DNA of 64,000 bases, taken from an uncultured Pelagibacteraceae bacterium (GTDB taxonomy: Bacteria; Pseudomonadota; Alphaproteobacteria; Pelagibacterales; Pelagibacteraceae). A model generated the notes under the pieces. It was not told where the DNA came from, made no database searches, and was given only the letters and a program-made list of their open reading frames with translations. The stretch covers positions 22,608 to 86,607 of the forward strand of contig CACBRD010000001.1 of the NCBI GenBank assembly GCA_902541515.1. The letters run 5' to 3'. Numbering within the stretch: position 1 is the first letter of the stretch; the number at the start of each line of letters is the position of its first letter. Of this stretch, positions 40,457 to 50,441 are shown one piece after another. The translations under genes were made by a program, and so were the position numbers.

Positions 40457-40882
40457 ATGAACTCAGTATTAATTGCCTTTATCTTAGTCCCTATTATAGA
40501 GATTTATCTATTTATTAAGATTGGTAGCCAAATAGGTGCAATTAATACAATATCACTTATATTTATTACAGCAATAATTGGTGTAATTTATGCAAGATAT
40601 GAAGGGTTAAATACTCTGAGATCTGGTTTTACACAATTAATAAAAAATGAGGCACCAATCTATGAGATAATCTCTGGTGCTGCTATAGCATTTGGAGCCT
40701 TATTATTAATAATTCCTGGTTTTGCCACTGATCTATTTGGATTTCTATTAATATTTCCTTTAACCAGAAAATTATTTTTTAGAAAAATAACCAAAAAATT
40801 TAAGAGTGAGACAAAAATTAAAAAACCATATATAGAAGGTGAGTTTGAAGACATTGAGGAAGATGATGAGCGAAAATTATAA
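40457..40882 (+). CDS. fxsA: FxsA family membrane protein
   Basis: PIIEIY, LLIIPGFATD, IEGEF. Confidence 0.9.
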   Translation: MNSVLIAFILVPIIEIYLFIKIGSQIGAINTISLIFITAIIGVIYARYEGLNTLRSGFTQLIKNEAPIYEIISGAAIAFGALLLIIPGFATDLFGFLLIFPLTRKLFFRKITKKFKSETKIKKPYIEGEFEDIEEDDERKL

Positions 40883-41288
40883 AATAATGAGTAAATTTAT
40901 AAAAGATATCTCGGGTGAGACACCCGACATCGAGACATATTTGTATGTAAAAGATTTTATTTCTAAATACCAACTTAATATTGAGATAAATTCAAAGCCT
41001 TTAAAAGCACAGATTATCGAAATAAATACTTTTTTAAAATTCCACGATATATCAGAAAGCAAAAAAAAATCATATTTTGAAATGACTTATACATCGGTAA
41101 TAAAACTCAATGAAGAAATTAAAGATAAAAAAATTCTACAAAAAATTATACTCTGTGATGTACAGAAAGATATTTATCCAGAATTAGAAAAGGCTCTACT
41201 AAATCTTTTGCACACATCTGGATATCCAAATATTAAATTTGAAAAAAAAGTTGATTTTGATGAACTTTACAATAAACAATTTAATTAA
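40866..41288 (+). CDS. secB: protein-export chaperone SecB (divergent)
   Basis: FIKDISGETP, GYP-VDFDELY; fxsA-secB/dnaQ synteny. Confidence 0.75.
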   Translation: MSENYKIMSKFIKDISGETPDIETYLYVKDFISKYQLNIEINSKPLKAQIIEINTFLKFHDISESKKKSYFEMTYTSVIKLNEEIKDKKILQKIILCDVQKDIYPELEKALLNLLHTSGYPNIKFEKKVDFDELYNKQFN

Positions 41289-41946
41289 AAAAGTTTTTCT
41301 TCAAGTTAGTTTTTAAGTATTGTTCATGGTTTCTTTTTTCTTCTTTAGTAGGTTTTACGACTTTTTTAAAATACGAAATATTTTTCTTTAACACTTGATT
41401 GATGTCACTGGTTTCATTACTAAAATTTAATTTTGGTTCTTTTTGGTCTATTAAATTAATATAGACTTTCGATAATAGATCACAATCAATGAGTGCTGTG
41501 TGTTTTTCTCTTTTAGAATTATCTATTCTATACCTTTTACATAGCGCGTCTAAACTATTAGAAAATCCTGGAAACTTGTTTCTAGCTAAAACAACAGTAT
41601 CTATAATTTCATTATTAATTAAATCTTTACCTGCTATTTTCAATTCGTTATTCAAATGCGATAGATCAAATTCAGCATTATGAATAATTAGTTTTTTTCC
41701 TTTTATATAAAGTAAAAAATCATCTGCTATTTCTTTAAATTTTTTTTTATCAGACAAGAATTTGTCTGTATATCCATGAGTTTCTAAAGCTTTTTCGGAG
41801 ACTTTTCTCTCAGGATTTAAATAACAATGAAAGTTATTGTTTGTAGGGATAAAATTTTCTAACTCAATACAACCTATCTCAACTATTCGATGACCCTCTT
41901 TAACAGACAATCCAGTTGTTTCTGTATCTAAAATTACTTCTTTCAT
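41281..41946 (-). CDS. dnaQ: DNA polymerase III epsilon subunit
   Basis: DTETTG, HRIVEIG, HNAEFD, SLDALC, H-ALID. Confidence 0.95.
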   Translation of the reverse strand: MKEVILDTETTGLSVKEGHRIVEIGCIELENFIPTNNNFHCYLNPERKVSEKALETHGYTDKFLSDKKKFKEIADDFLLYIKGKKLIIHNAEFDLSHLNNELKIAGKDLINNEIIDTVVLARNKFPGFSNSLDALCKRYRIDNSKREKHTALIDCDLLSKVYINLIDQKEPKLNFSNETSDINQVLKKNISYFKKVVKPTKEEKRNHEQYLKTNLKKNFFN

Positions 41947-42516
41947 TTATTTTAATTGATTTAGAATATATCTTATCTGATTTTTGATAAATTTTTTTGT
42001 AAAATTATTTTTAATTATAAAGTTTGATTTTTTTCTTTTATAGTCAAGTGGTAGTTGTATTTTTCTAAATCTATTCACAATTTTTAAATTAAAATTTTGC
42101 CTTTTTTTTAATCTTTTTAAAATTTTAGTTCTATTAGATTGAATGAATATCAAGATATCTTTTTTTTTATTAATTTTATTTTCAAGCAATAAAGGAATAT
42201 CTAAAACAATTAATTTACTTTTTTTATTTTTCTTTAAAAAAATATTCATCTTCCTTCTTATTTCGGGATGGATAATTTTTATAATTTTTCTTAAATTATT
42301 TTTATTTGCTAATATAGTCTTTGTTACCTCTTGTTTTTTTATTGGAAATTGAGTGATATGTTTAGGTAAAGACTTATTAAGTTTAATAAAGATTTTTCTA
42401 TTCTTTTTGTATAATTTTCCAACTTCGTTATCGGCATTAAATACTGGGTAGCCAAATGACTTTGCTACAAAACTTTTTCCAGATCCTATATCCCCTAAAA
42501 TTCCAACTCTAATCAT
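41947..42516 (-). CDS. coaE: dephospho-CoA kinase
   Basis: GDIGSGKS, FNAD, IIHP, DIPLLLE. Confidence 0.9.
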   Translation of the reverse strand: MIRVGILGDIGSGKSFVAKSFGYPVFNADNEVGKLYKKNRKIFIKLNKSLPKHITQFPIKKQEVTKTILANKNNLRKIIKIIHPEIRRKMNIFLKKNKKSKLIVLDIPLLLENKINKKKDILIFIQSNRTKILKRLKKRQNFNLKIVNRFRKIQLPLDYKRKKSNFIIKNNFTKKFIKNQIRYILNQLK

Positions 42517-43303
42517 TATCTAAAAGTTTAAATGTATCTTTATTAATTTTTGGTTCTATCCTGTGCCATAATTTAAATGATTCTAAAGCCTGGTAAATAA
42601 ACATGGTTTTTCCATTTTCTGTTTTGTAACCTAATTGTTTTCCTATTTTCAAAAAAGGAGTTTCGTGAGGATTATAAATTACATCATAAAATAATTTATC
42701 ATGTCCTAAACTTGAAAAATCTAAATTTATTGTTTCATTATTTAAACCAAGACTTGTTGCATTTATTATCATATGAAAATCAGTTAAATTTCCCCACTCT
42801 AAAATTTTGAGATCTTTAAATAAAACTGTCAAATTTTCTGCCTTCTCTTTAGTTCTATTGCTTACTATTATCTCTTGAACATGCATATTTTTTAAAGCAA
42901 CAATTATTGAAGGGACTACACCGCCAGCCCCCAAAATTAAAACTTTCTTACCCTCTACATTAAAATTTAACTTTTTGATCGCTGTGTCAAAACCAGCTAT
43001 ATCTGTATTATGTCCAACTAAATCACCATTATCAAAAATAATTGTGTTCACTGATTGAGTCTGTTCTGCCTCCGGGCTTAATTTATCTAAAAAGGGAATA
43101 ACTGTTTTTTTGAAAGGAACTGTTACATTACAACCAGCTATTTTTTGTTCCTTAATTTCTTGAATGAAGTTTTTGATTTCATGATCCTCGAGTTTAATTT
43201 TGTCATACTTAGCATCAATATTATTTTCTTTTAACCACCAGTTTTGGAGTTTAGGAGACAAAGAATGGTCAATTGGATTTCCTATTACTAAATATTTTTT
43301 CAT
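42509..43303 (-). CDS. aroE: shikimate dehydrogenase
   Basis: GNPIDHSLSP, NVTVPFK, VNT, NTD, GAGG, NATSLG. Confidence 0.95.
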   Translation of the reverse strand: MKKYLVIGNPIDHSLSPKLQNWWLKENNIDAKYDKIKLEDHEIKNFIQEIKEQKIAGCNVTVPFKKTVIPFLDKLSPEAEQTQSVNTIIFDNGDLVGHNTDIAGFDTAIKKLNFNVEGKKVLILGAGGVVPSIIVALKNMHVQEIIVSNRTKEKAENLTVLFKDLKILEWGNLTDFHMIINATSLGLNNETINLDFSSLGHDKLFYDVIYNPHETPFLKIGKQLGYKTENGKTMFIYQALESFKLWHRIEPKINKDTFKLLDND

Positions 43304-43884
43304 TCGTAATTGCTTAAGTATTGTTTTATTTTTTTAATTGGTAAACCCATAATAGTATCTTCGTCACCCTCTATATTTGAGAATAATTTCCTACCTTCTC
43401 CCTCAATTTGATAAACGTTATAAGCATATAGGGCCTCATCTGTAATTTTTGACAAGTAACTTTTTAGCTCGTCTAAACTAAATTGTTTCATTGTTAAAGT
43501 TGCTTTATCAGTATAATTCCAAATCATGGCACCATTTTGAGAGACACAAACTGAACTAATGAGATTGTGTTTTTTTCCATTAAGCTTTTTTAAAATTTCT
43601 AAAGCTTGATCTCTATTTATAGGTTTGGATATTAATTCGCCTTCTAAATCTATTACGCTATCAGCACCTATTACTAAATAACCTTGGTTTTTTTGACTAA
43701 CCTTGTTTGCTTTTAATTCAGCTAAATTTTTTGATATTAATTCGGGAGATGCTTTTTCTTTCATTAAGCTTTCTTTAACAATATCTTCATCTAAATTAGA
43801 ATTTTGTACTTCTGTGGATATGTTATTATTATCCAAAATTTGTTTTCTTACTTTGCTTTTTGAGGCAAGTATAATTTTAACCAT
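43300..43884 (-). CDS. maf: Maf-family nucleoside triphosphate pyrophosphatase
   Basis: ILASKS-R, LAELKA, GADS, KP, YQIEG, IMGLP. Confidence 0.9.
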   Translation of the reverse strand: MVKIILASKSKVRKQILDNNNISTEVQNSNLDEDIVKESLMKEKASPELISKNLAELKANKVSQKNQGYLVIGADSVIDLEGELISKPINRDQALEILKKLNGKKHNLISSVCVSQNGAMIWNYTDKATLTMKQFSLDELKSYLSKITDEALYAYNVYQIEGEGRKLFSNIEGDEDTIMGLPIKKIKQYLSNYE

Positions 43885-44701
43885 TATTTTTATATATTTC
43901 GTATATCTTTATAATTGAGGCAGCAGTTTCTTCTACCGATTTTCTAGTAACATCTATCATCGGCCACTTATATTTTTTAAAAGTATTTTTAGCGGCCTCA
44001 ACTTCTTTTTTGATTTTAGGTAAGTCTGTGTAAGATTTATTTTGAGATTCCTTTAATGAATTCATTCGATTTTTCCTAATATCAGCTAACCTTTCTGCTT
44101 CTGTGCTTAATCCAACAATACAAGTAAGGTTTGGGTCTTCTTTTAAAGTCTCAGGAATAGAATTTTCATTTACCAAAGGAATATTAGATATTTTAAACCC
44201 TTTGTTTGCTAGATAAATCGAAGTTGGTGTTTTACTGGTCCTACTAACCCCCAATAAAATAATGTCCGATTTTTTAATATCTTTTACTAAATTTCCATCA
44301 TCATGGTTCATTGTAAATTGAATTGCTTCAATCCTTTTATAATACTCATCATTGAGAGTGTATTGACCACTAGGTTGGTGAGATGCTTTTTGGTTAAGCA
44401 ACTTTGAAAAGCTTAAGATTAAATCTCCAAGAACGCCAAAACAAGGAATTTTCTTTTCTTCACTATTTCTTGCAAGATATTTTGCAAGGCTGCTATCTAC
44501 AATTGAATATAAAATGATAGGGTTTTGATTTTCTTTAGCATTAGATAAAATTTTTAGAATTTGGTTTTCAGTTCTTGTAAAAGAATAAGTGTGTATTTTG
44601 TAATCTATATTTTTAAATTGAGCTTTAATTGCGGTAAAAATTCTATCTAACGTTTCACCTGTAGAGTCTGATATTAGATAAATCTGATAAATATTACTCA
44701 T
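43877..44701 (-). CDS. pyruvate,phosphate dikinase/PEP synthase regulatory protein (DUF299)
   Basis: SDSTGET, YYKRIEAI-F-HDDG, GVSRTSKTPTSIYLA, IDVT-KSVEETA. Confidence 0.9.
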   Translation of the reverse strand: MSNIYQIYLISDSTGETLDRIFTAIKAQFKNIDYKIHTYSFTRTENQILKILSNAKENQNPIILYSIVDSSLAKYLARNSEEKKIPCFGVLGDLILSFSKLLNQKASHQPSGQYTLNDEYYKRIEAIQFTMNHDDGNLVKDIKKSDIILLGVSRTSKTPTSIYLANKGFKISNIPLVNENSIPETLKEDPNLTCIVGLSTEAERLADIRKNRMNSLKESQNKSYTDLPKIKKEVEAAKNTFKKYKWPMIDVTRKSVEETAASIIKIYEIYKNNG

Positions 44702-44983
44702 GTATAAAGTGTTAATAGTTTTAATTTTATTTAGACAAAGTTAGTTATTTTTATAAATTTAAAATTTATGCTGTAAAACATAGCTTTTATTAACATTATT
44801 AAACATCTGTATAAAGTTTTTCATTAAATTGAAATATTGGTAATAAGCTTCAATATTACTTATATATATATCAAAAAATTACATTTAAATGTTAATAACT
44901 AGTTTATAAAATGTATATAAAATTTAATCCACGTATTTCACAGCTCATACTACAAATACTATTAAATAAACTTAATTATTAAT
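44702..44983. other. probable chromosomal replication origin (oriC)
   Basis: Largest intergenic gap in the window (282 bp), extremely AT-rich, at the DUF299/hemE junction where several alphaproteobacterial origins lie; DnaA-box-like 9-mers at 44787, 44806, 44890, 44925 and 44934; trio-like TAC TAC AAA TAC TAT at 44948-44962; flanking operons diverge; parS and parAB about 10 kb away. Confidence 0.75.
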
Positions 44984-45985
44984 ATGTCTAACATCAAGAA
45001 GGTTATTAAAGACAAAAAAACAGATTTAAATCCCATATGGATTATGAGGCAGGCTGGAAGATATCTGCCAGAGTTCAGAGAAATTAGAAAAAAAAATACT
45101 GATTTTATTAAACTATGTTTAAATTCTATTTTATCAGCTGAAATAACTTTACAACCTCTTAAAAGATTTGACTTAGATGCAGCCATAATTTTTTCTGATA
45201 TATTAATCTTACCTTACGGTTTGAAACAAAAAGTAGAATTTAAAAAAAATGTTGGACCCATCCTTGGTGATTTAAACCTTGATCAAGCATTTGAAGTTAC
45301 CGAAAGTGATTTTATTGAAAGAGTTGATCCTGTTTATAAAGCTATAAATTTGGTAAGAAATAACAATTTAACAGAAAACAAGTCTACCATAGGCTTTGTT
45401 GGAGCTCCTTGGACATTACTTGTTTATATTCTTAATAAACAATCTCCAAAAATAAAGCTCAAAGAAAATTTTTTTAAAGATTTTTCTATAATTGAAAAAA
45501 CTTTAAGAATAATAGATAAATTTTTAAAAATTCATATTCAAAATCAAATTGATAGTGGTGCAGATATTATACAAATTTTTGATAGTTGGGCAGGATTATT
45601 AGAGGATAAGGACTATGACTTTTATATTTATAATCCAACTTGTTCTCTAGTAGAATTTACCAAATCTTTAAATGTTCCAGTGATTTGTTTCCCACGAGGT
45701 ATAAAGAATTATAAAAAATATTGTGAAATTGTAAAACCAGATGCAATTTGTATAGATTATGAAGTTGATCCAATAAGAATTGAAAAAGAGATAAAAATTC
45801 CTGTGCAAGGCGGCATGGATCCAAAAGTTTTACTTACTGATAAAGATAACCTTAAAAAAGAAGCAATCAAGTATCTGGATATTTTTAAAGATCATCCATA
45901 TATATTTAATTTAGGTCATGGAATCTTACCCGAAACAGATCCAAGTATGATGGATTATTTAGTTAAAATTATAAAAGATTATTGA
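44984..45985 (+). CDS. hemE: uroporphyrinogen decarboxylase
   Basis: WIMRQAGRYLPE, DAAIIFSDIL, GAPWTL, QIFDSW, FNLGHG. Confidence 0.95.
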   Translation: MSNIKKVIKDKKTDLNPIWIMRQAGRYLPEFREIRKKNTDFIKLCLNSILSAEITLQPLKRFDLDAAIIFSDILILPYGLKQKVEFKKNVGPILGDLNLDQAFEVTESDFIERVDPVYKAINLVRNNNLTENKSTIGFVGAPWTLLVYILNKQSPKIKLKENFFKDFSIIEKTLRIIDKFLKIHIQNQIDSGADIIQIFDSWAGLLEDKDYDFYIYNPTCSLVEFTKSLNVPVICFPRGIKNYKKYCEIVKPDAICIDYEVDPIRIEKEIKIPVQGGMDPKVLLTDKDNLKKEAIKYLDIFKDHPYIFNLGHGILPETDPSMMDYLVKIIKDY

Positions 45986-46983
45986 TGGCAAAAGAATTAA
46001 ATCACCCACCTATTAATTTTGGCAAAACAGGAGCTCTTATAATAAATTTAGGGACACCAGACTCCACAAGCTGGTTTGATATTAGAAAATATTTGAAAGA
46101 ATTTTTGTCTGATAGAAGGGTAATAGAAGTTAATCCTTTTGTTTGGCAAATTATATTAAATATTTTTATATTAAATTTTAGACCATCTAAAACCGCTAAA
46201 GCTTATAAAGAAATTTGGATGAAAGATAAAAACATTTCTCCCCTTCTCTATTATACACAAGAACAAGCCAAGAAATTATCAAATTCCTTTTCTGAACAAA
46301 ACCTGATCATTGATTATGCCATGAGGTATGGAAATCCGAGTATAAAAAGTAAAATAAAAAAACTCCATGAAAAAGGTTGTGAAAACTTGATTATACTCCC
46401 TCTATATCCTCAATATGCTGCAGCAACAACAGCAACTGTTTGTGATGAAGTTTATAGAACTTTAATGAAAATGAGATGGCAACCATCAATCAAAATAATA
46501 CCACATTATGAGTCACATCCTTTGTATATAGATGCTTTGGTAAATTCACTAAATAAGAAAATAAAAGAAATAAATTGGAAGCCAGATTTAATATTGGCAT
46601 CTTATCATGGTATACCCCAAAAATATTTTGATAAAGGAGACCCATATCACTGTTATTGTCAAAAAACGACAAGATTAATTTCAGAGAAATTTAATTCGAT
46701 AGAAATTAAAACAACATTTCAATCTAGATTTGGTCCTCAAAAATGGCTTGAGCCCTATACAGATAAAACACTAGAGAAATTGCCCAAAGAGGGAAAGAAG
46801 AATGTTCTTGCAATATGTCCTGGTTTTTCCTCAGATTGTGTTGAGACATTGGAAGAAATTCTTATTCAAGGTAAAGAAAGTTTTTTAGAATCTGGTGGTG
46901 AAAATTTCGATATGGTACCATGTTTAAATGATAGTAGTGATCATATAAATTTATTAAAATCATTAATTCAACAAAACATATAA
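45985..46983 (+). CDS. hemH: ferrochelatase
   Basis: NLGTP, YLKEFLSD, MRYGNP, PLYPQY, SYHG, FQSRFG, DCVETLEEI. Confidence 0.95.
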   Translation: MAKELNHPPINFGKTGALIINLGTPDSTSWFDIRKYLKEFLSDRRVIEVNPFVWQIILNIFILNFRPSKTAKAYKEIWMKDKNISPLLYYTQEQAKKLSNSFSEQNLIIDYAMRYGNPSIKSKIKKLHEKGCENLIILPLYPQYAAATTATVCDEVYRTLMKMRWQPSIKIIPHYESHPLYIDALVNSLNKKIKEINWKPDLILASYHGIPQKYFDKGDPYHCYCQKTTRLISEKFNSIEIKTTFQSRFGPQKWLEPYTDKTLEKLPKEGKKNVLAICPGFSSDCVETLEEILIQGKESFLESGGENFDMVPCLNDSSDHINLLKSLIQQNI

Positions 46984-46986
46984 TCG

Positions 46987-47421
46987 ATGAATACTTATTT
47001 GCTTTTTAAATCTCTTCATTTAATAGCAGTAATTTCTTGGATGGCTGGTCTTTTATATCTTCCGAGAATTTTTGTTTACCATTCACAGAATAATGACAAA
47101 CCTCTTGTTTCAGAAGTATTTAAAGTTATGGAAAAAAAACTTTTTTTTTACATTATGACACCCGCTATGACACTATCCTGGATATTTGGGTTAGTATTAA
47201 TACATGAAATAGGTTTTGAGCAATTAGGACAAAAGTGGATGATTTTAAAATTAGTTTTTGTGATTATTTTAACTCTGTATCATTTTTATCTAGGAAGAAT
47301 TTTAGGACAATTTAAATTAGACATAAATAAACATTCCCATAAATATTATCGATATATTAATGAAATACCTACATTATTGCTTATTTTGATCATATTTGCT
47401 GTAATATTTAAGCCTATCTAA
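46987..47421 (+). CDS. hemJ: protoporphyrinogen oxidase HemJ
   Basis: KSLHLIAVISWMAGLLYLPRIFVYH, NEIP, KP C-terminus. Confidence 0.92.
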   Translation: MNTYLLFKSLHLIAVISWMAGLLYLPRIFVYHSQNNDKPLVSEVFKVMEKKLFFYIMTPAMTLSWIFGLVLIHEIGFEQLGQKWMILKLVFVIILTLYHFYLGRILGQFKLDINKHSHKYYRYINEIPTLLLILIIFAVIFKPI

Positions 47422-47483
47422 GGTTGAATAATTCAAATTAGCATATATATTATATTCATTATTAAGTCCTTAATAATTTACTC

Positions 47484-48752
47484 ATGAACATACAAGAATT
47501 AAAATTAAAATCATCAGAACAGCTTATTACTCAAGCTGAAGAGCTTGGAATAGAAAATGCAAGTACCTTAAGAAAGCAAGAGATACTTTTTGCGATTCTG
47601 AAAAAAGTTGCAGAAAAGGAGGAAATAACTGGAGCTGGTGTGCTTCAATTACTTCAAGATGGCTTCGGTTTTTTAAGAGCCATGGAGTCAAATTATTTAC
47701 CAGGTCCAGATGATATCTATGTAAGTCCAAGTCAAATAAGAAAATTTGGTTTAAGGACTGGTGATACTGTTGAAGGACCGGTTAGAGCCCCCAAAGAAGG
47801 TGAGAGATATTTTGCATTATTGCAAGTGAGTAAAATAAATTTTGAAGAACCTGATAAATCTAGACACAAAATAGCTTTTGATAACCTGACACCTTTATAT
47901 CCTGATAAGCAGCTTGTTATGGAAGTTGAACAAGTAAAACCAGACAAAAAACAAGATTTAACTCCAAGACTTATCGACTTAGTGAGTCCTATTGGTAAAG
48001 GTCAAAGATCAATTATTATCTCTCCACCAAAGGCTGGTAAAACAATGATTTTGCAGAGTATAGCTAACTCAATAGCTAAAAATTATCCTGAATGTTACTT
48101 AATTGTTTTGTTGATTGACGAGAGACCAGAGGAAGTTACAGACATGCAAAGAACTGTAAAGGGTGAAGTAATTAGCTCCACATTCGATGAACCTGCACAG
48201 CGCCACGTTGCTGTTGCCGAGATGGTTATAGAAAAAGCTAAAAGATTAACTGAGCATAAAAAAGATGTTGTCATACTTTTAGATTCAATAACAAGATTAG
48301 GAAGAGCTTATAACGCTGTAATACCGAGTTCAGGTAAAGTCTTAACAGGTGGTGTAGATGCTAATGCACTTCAAAGACCAAAGAGGTTTTTTGGTGCTGC
48401 TAGAAACATTGAAGAAGGTGGATCACTTACAATAATTTCTACTGCGTTAATAGATACAGGAAGCAGAATGGATGAAGTGATTTTTGAGGAATTTAAAGGA
48501 ACAGGTAATAGTGAAACTGTTTTAGATAGAAAAATCGCTGATAAAAGAATTTATCCAGCTATTGATATTACAAAATCAGGTACCAGAAGAGAAGAATTGC
48601 TGTTTGATAAAAATGACCTTCAAAAAATGAATGTCTTGAGAAGAATTATTGCTCCAATGGGCACAATGGATGCAATTGAATTCATTAATTCTAAATTAAA
48701 AGATACTAAAAATAATGCTGAGTTTTTTAACTCAATGAATAAGCCAGCATAA
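47484..48752 (+). CDS. rho: transcription termination factor Rho
   Basis: [41 protein letters not shown]. Confidence 0.98.
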   Translation: MNIQELKLKSSEQLITQAEELGIENASTLRKQEILFAILKKVAEKEEITGAGVLQLLQDGFGFLRAMESNYLPGPDDIYVSPSQIRKFGLRTGDTVEGPVRAPKEGERYFALLQVSKINFEEPDKSRHKIAFDNLTPLYPDKQLVMEVEQVKPDKKQDLTPRLIDLVSPIGKGQRSIIISPPKAGKTMILQSIANSIAKNYPECYLIVLLIDERPEEVTDMQRTVKGEVISSTFDEPAQRHVAVAEMVIEKAKRLTEHKKDVVILLDSITRLGRAYNAVIPSSGKVLTGGVDANALQRPKRFFGAARNIEEGGSLTIISTALIDTGSRMDEVIFEEFKGTGNSETVLDRKIADKRIYPAIDITKSGTRREELLFDKNDLQKMNVLRRIIAPMGTMDAIEFINSKLKDTKNNAEFFNSMNKPA

Positions 48753-48761
48753 ATCTTCTTA

Positions 48762-50441
48762 ATGGTCTCAATTCAAAACTTTGAATTTGAATTACAAGAT
48801 CTATTGAAGAAAAAAAAGTATTCCGAGATAATTTTTGAAATTACCACCAAAACGAAAGAGGAAGAGAGAAACGCAGGATTGTTTGTATTGTTAGGCATCA
48901 GCAGGATTTCCTCTAATAAAAAAAATAAATCTCAAATAGAATTAGCGTTAAGTGATTTTAAAAAGGGTTATTTAAAAGAAAAAACTAGTGAAAATGGACT
49001 TAATGCATTAGTAAATTTTATAATTGCAAGTGCAATTTTAAGTGATTTTGAAAATACAAATGTAGATTTTAATGAAATAAAGGATTTTTACCAAAAAACT
49101 CCCAAGAATTTCCAAAATAAGAGGGCAATTAATATTGCAATGACGGCAATTTATTCAAGATTAAGTGATCATGAACAAATGTTATTTCATCTTAAAAAAA
49201 TAATAGAGTCTGGAGAGTTTATATCTAATGATTTATGTAATTATGGTTACTGGAGATGTTTTGACAAAAACTGGTCTCAAAAGGATTTTTTTAATTATGG
49301 GAAATTTGTAGACAAAAATTTAGTTGAATATCCACAAGAAAAAATAACTAAATTATCCAATAAAAAAAATAAAAAGATTAATTTGGGTATTTTGTCTGCA
49401 GATTTAAAGAGTGGACATTCTATAACATTTTTTTTGAAAACAATTTTGTCAAACTATAATAAAGATGAAATAGAGGTTTATTTAATATCAAATCAAATTG
49501 ATATTAATTCCATATCAACTGAAATAAAAAATTTAGTTAACAAAACCATTGATATAAGTGAATTGAATGATTTAAACGCTTTTAATAAGATTAGGGAATT
49601 AAATTTAGATATTATAATTGATGTGATGGGCTATACATCAAGAAATAGAATAGGATTGTTTAAAAATAGAATTGCAAAAAAACAAGTTATTTGGATGGGT
49701 TATTGTAATACCTCTGGATTAAGAAATATGGATTACATAATTTCTGATCCAAATTTGATTTATGAAAATGAAAAAGATTTCTATACAGAAGAGATTTTAT
49801 ATCTACCAGAAATTTGGAATACTCATTGTGGATTCGATTTTGAAAGAAAAGAAATTTCTCCTCCTTTTATAAAGAATAATTTTATATCTTTTGGATCGTT
49901 TAATAATCCAGCTAAGATAAATAAAAATGTAGTTAATTGTTGGGCAGAGATTTTAAAAAAAATTAAAAACTCTAGATTAATTTTAAAATGTTCTAATGAC
50001 AAAAAAAAGTTAGATAGAATTGAAGAATTAATGAGAAAAAAAGGCGTCCTAGACTCTGTAATTTTTCACAAAAGATTTGAAGATAAAATAGATCATCTTA
50101 ATTTATATAAAGAGGTAGATATCGCTCTAGACACCTTTCCTTATAATGGAGTAACTACATCTTTCGAGGCAATATGGATGGGTGTACCAGTTCTAACGAT
50201 GGCCGGGTATAATTTTAATTCTAGATGTGGTGAATCGATTAATAGAAATTTAGGTATGGATCAACTAATTGCTAGAGATGAAAATAATTATGTTCAAAAA
50301 GCTATTGATTTAACAAAAAATCAAAATGAATTTATAAATTTAAGAAAATCTATATTTCATAATGCAGTTAAAAGTCCACTTTTTAACCAAAAAAAATTTT
50401 CAGATAACTTCTACAAACTAATTACAGAAATAATTCATTAA
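48762..50441 (+). CDS. GT41 glycosyltransferase (SPINDLY/OGT-like), copy A
   Basis: LGILSADL-HSI, DVMGYT, WMGYCNTSG-MDYIISD, FGSFNN-KI, DIALDTFPYNGVTTSFEAIWMGVPV. Confidence 0.85.
   Translation: MVSIQNFEFELQDLLKKKKYSEIIFEITTKTKEEERNAGLFVLLGISRISSNKKNKSQIELALSDFKKGYLKEKTSENGLNALVNFIIASAILSDFENTNVDFNEIKDFYQKTPKNFQNKRAINIAMTAIYSRLSDHEQMLFHLKKIIESGEFISNDLCNYGYWRCFDKNWSQKDFFNYGKFVDKNLVEYPQEKITKLSNKKNKKINLGILSADLKSGHSITFFLKTILSNYNKDEIEVYLISNQIDINSISTEIKNLVNKTIDISELNDLNAFNKIRELNLDIIIDVMGYTSRNRIGLFKNRIAKKQVIWMGYCNTSGLRNMDYIISDPNLIYENEKDFYTEEILYLPEIWNTHCGFDFERKEISPPFIKNNFISFGSFNNPAKINKNVVNCWAEILKKIKNSRLILKCSNDKKKLDRIEELMRKKGVLDSVIFHKRFEDKIDHLNLYKEVDIALDTFPYNGVTTSFEAIWMGVPVLTMAGYNFNSRCGESINRNLGMDQLIARDENNYVQKAIDLTKNQNEFINLRKSIFHNAVKSPLFNQKKFSDNFYKLITEIIH
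50208..50285 (+). repeat. 78-bp perfect direct repeat, copy 1 (copy 2 at 51890-51967)
   Basis: TATAATTTTAATTCTAGATGTGGTGAATCGATTAATAGAAATTTAGGTATGGATCAACTAATTGCTAGAGATGAAAAT is identical in both GT41 genes. Confidence 0.9.

Noticed and set aside
44702-44983. CtrA boxes (TTAA-N7-TTAA) or GANTC clusters in the origin
   Set aside because: The TTAA pairs I checked have 5-6 nt spacing and I saw no GANTC inside the spacer
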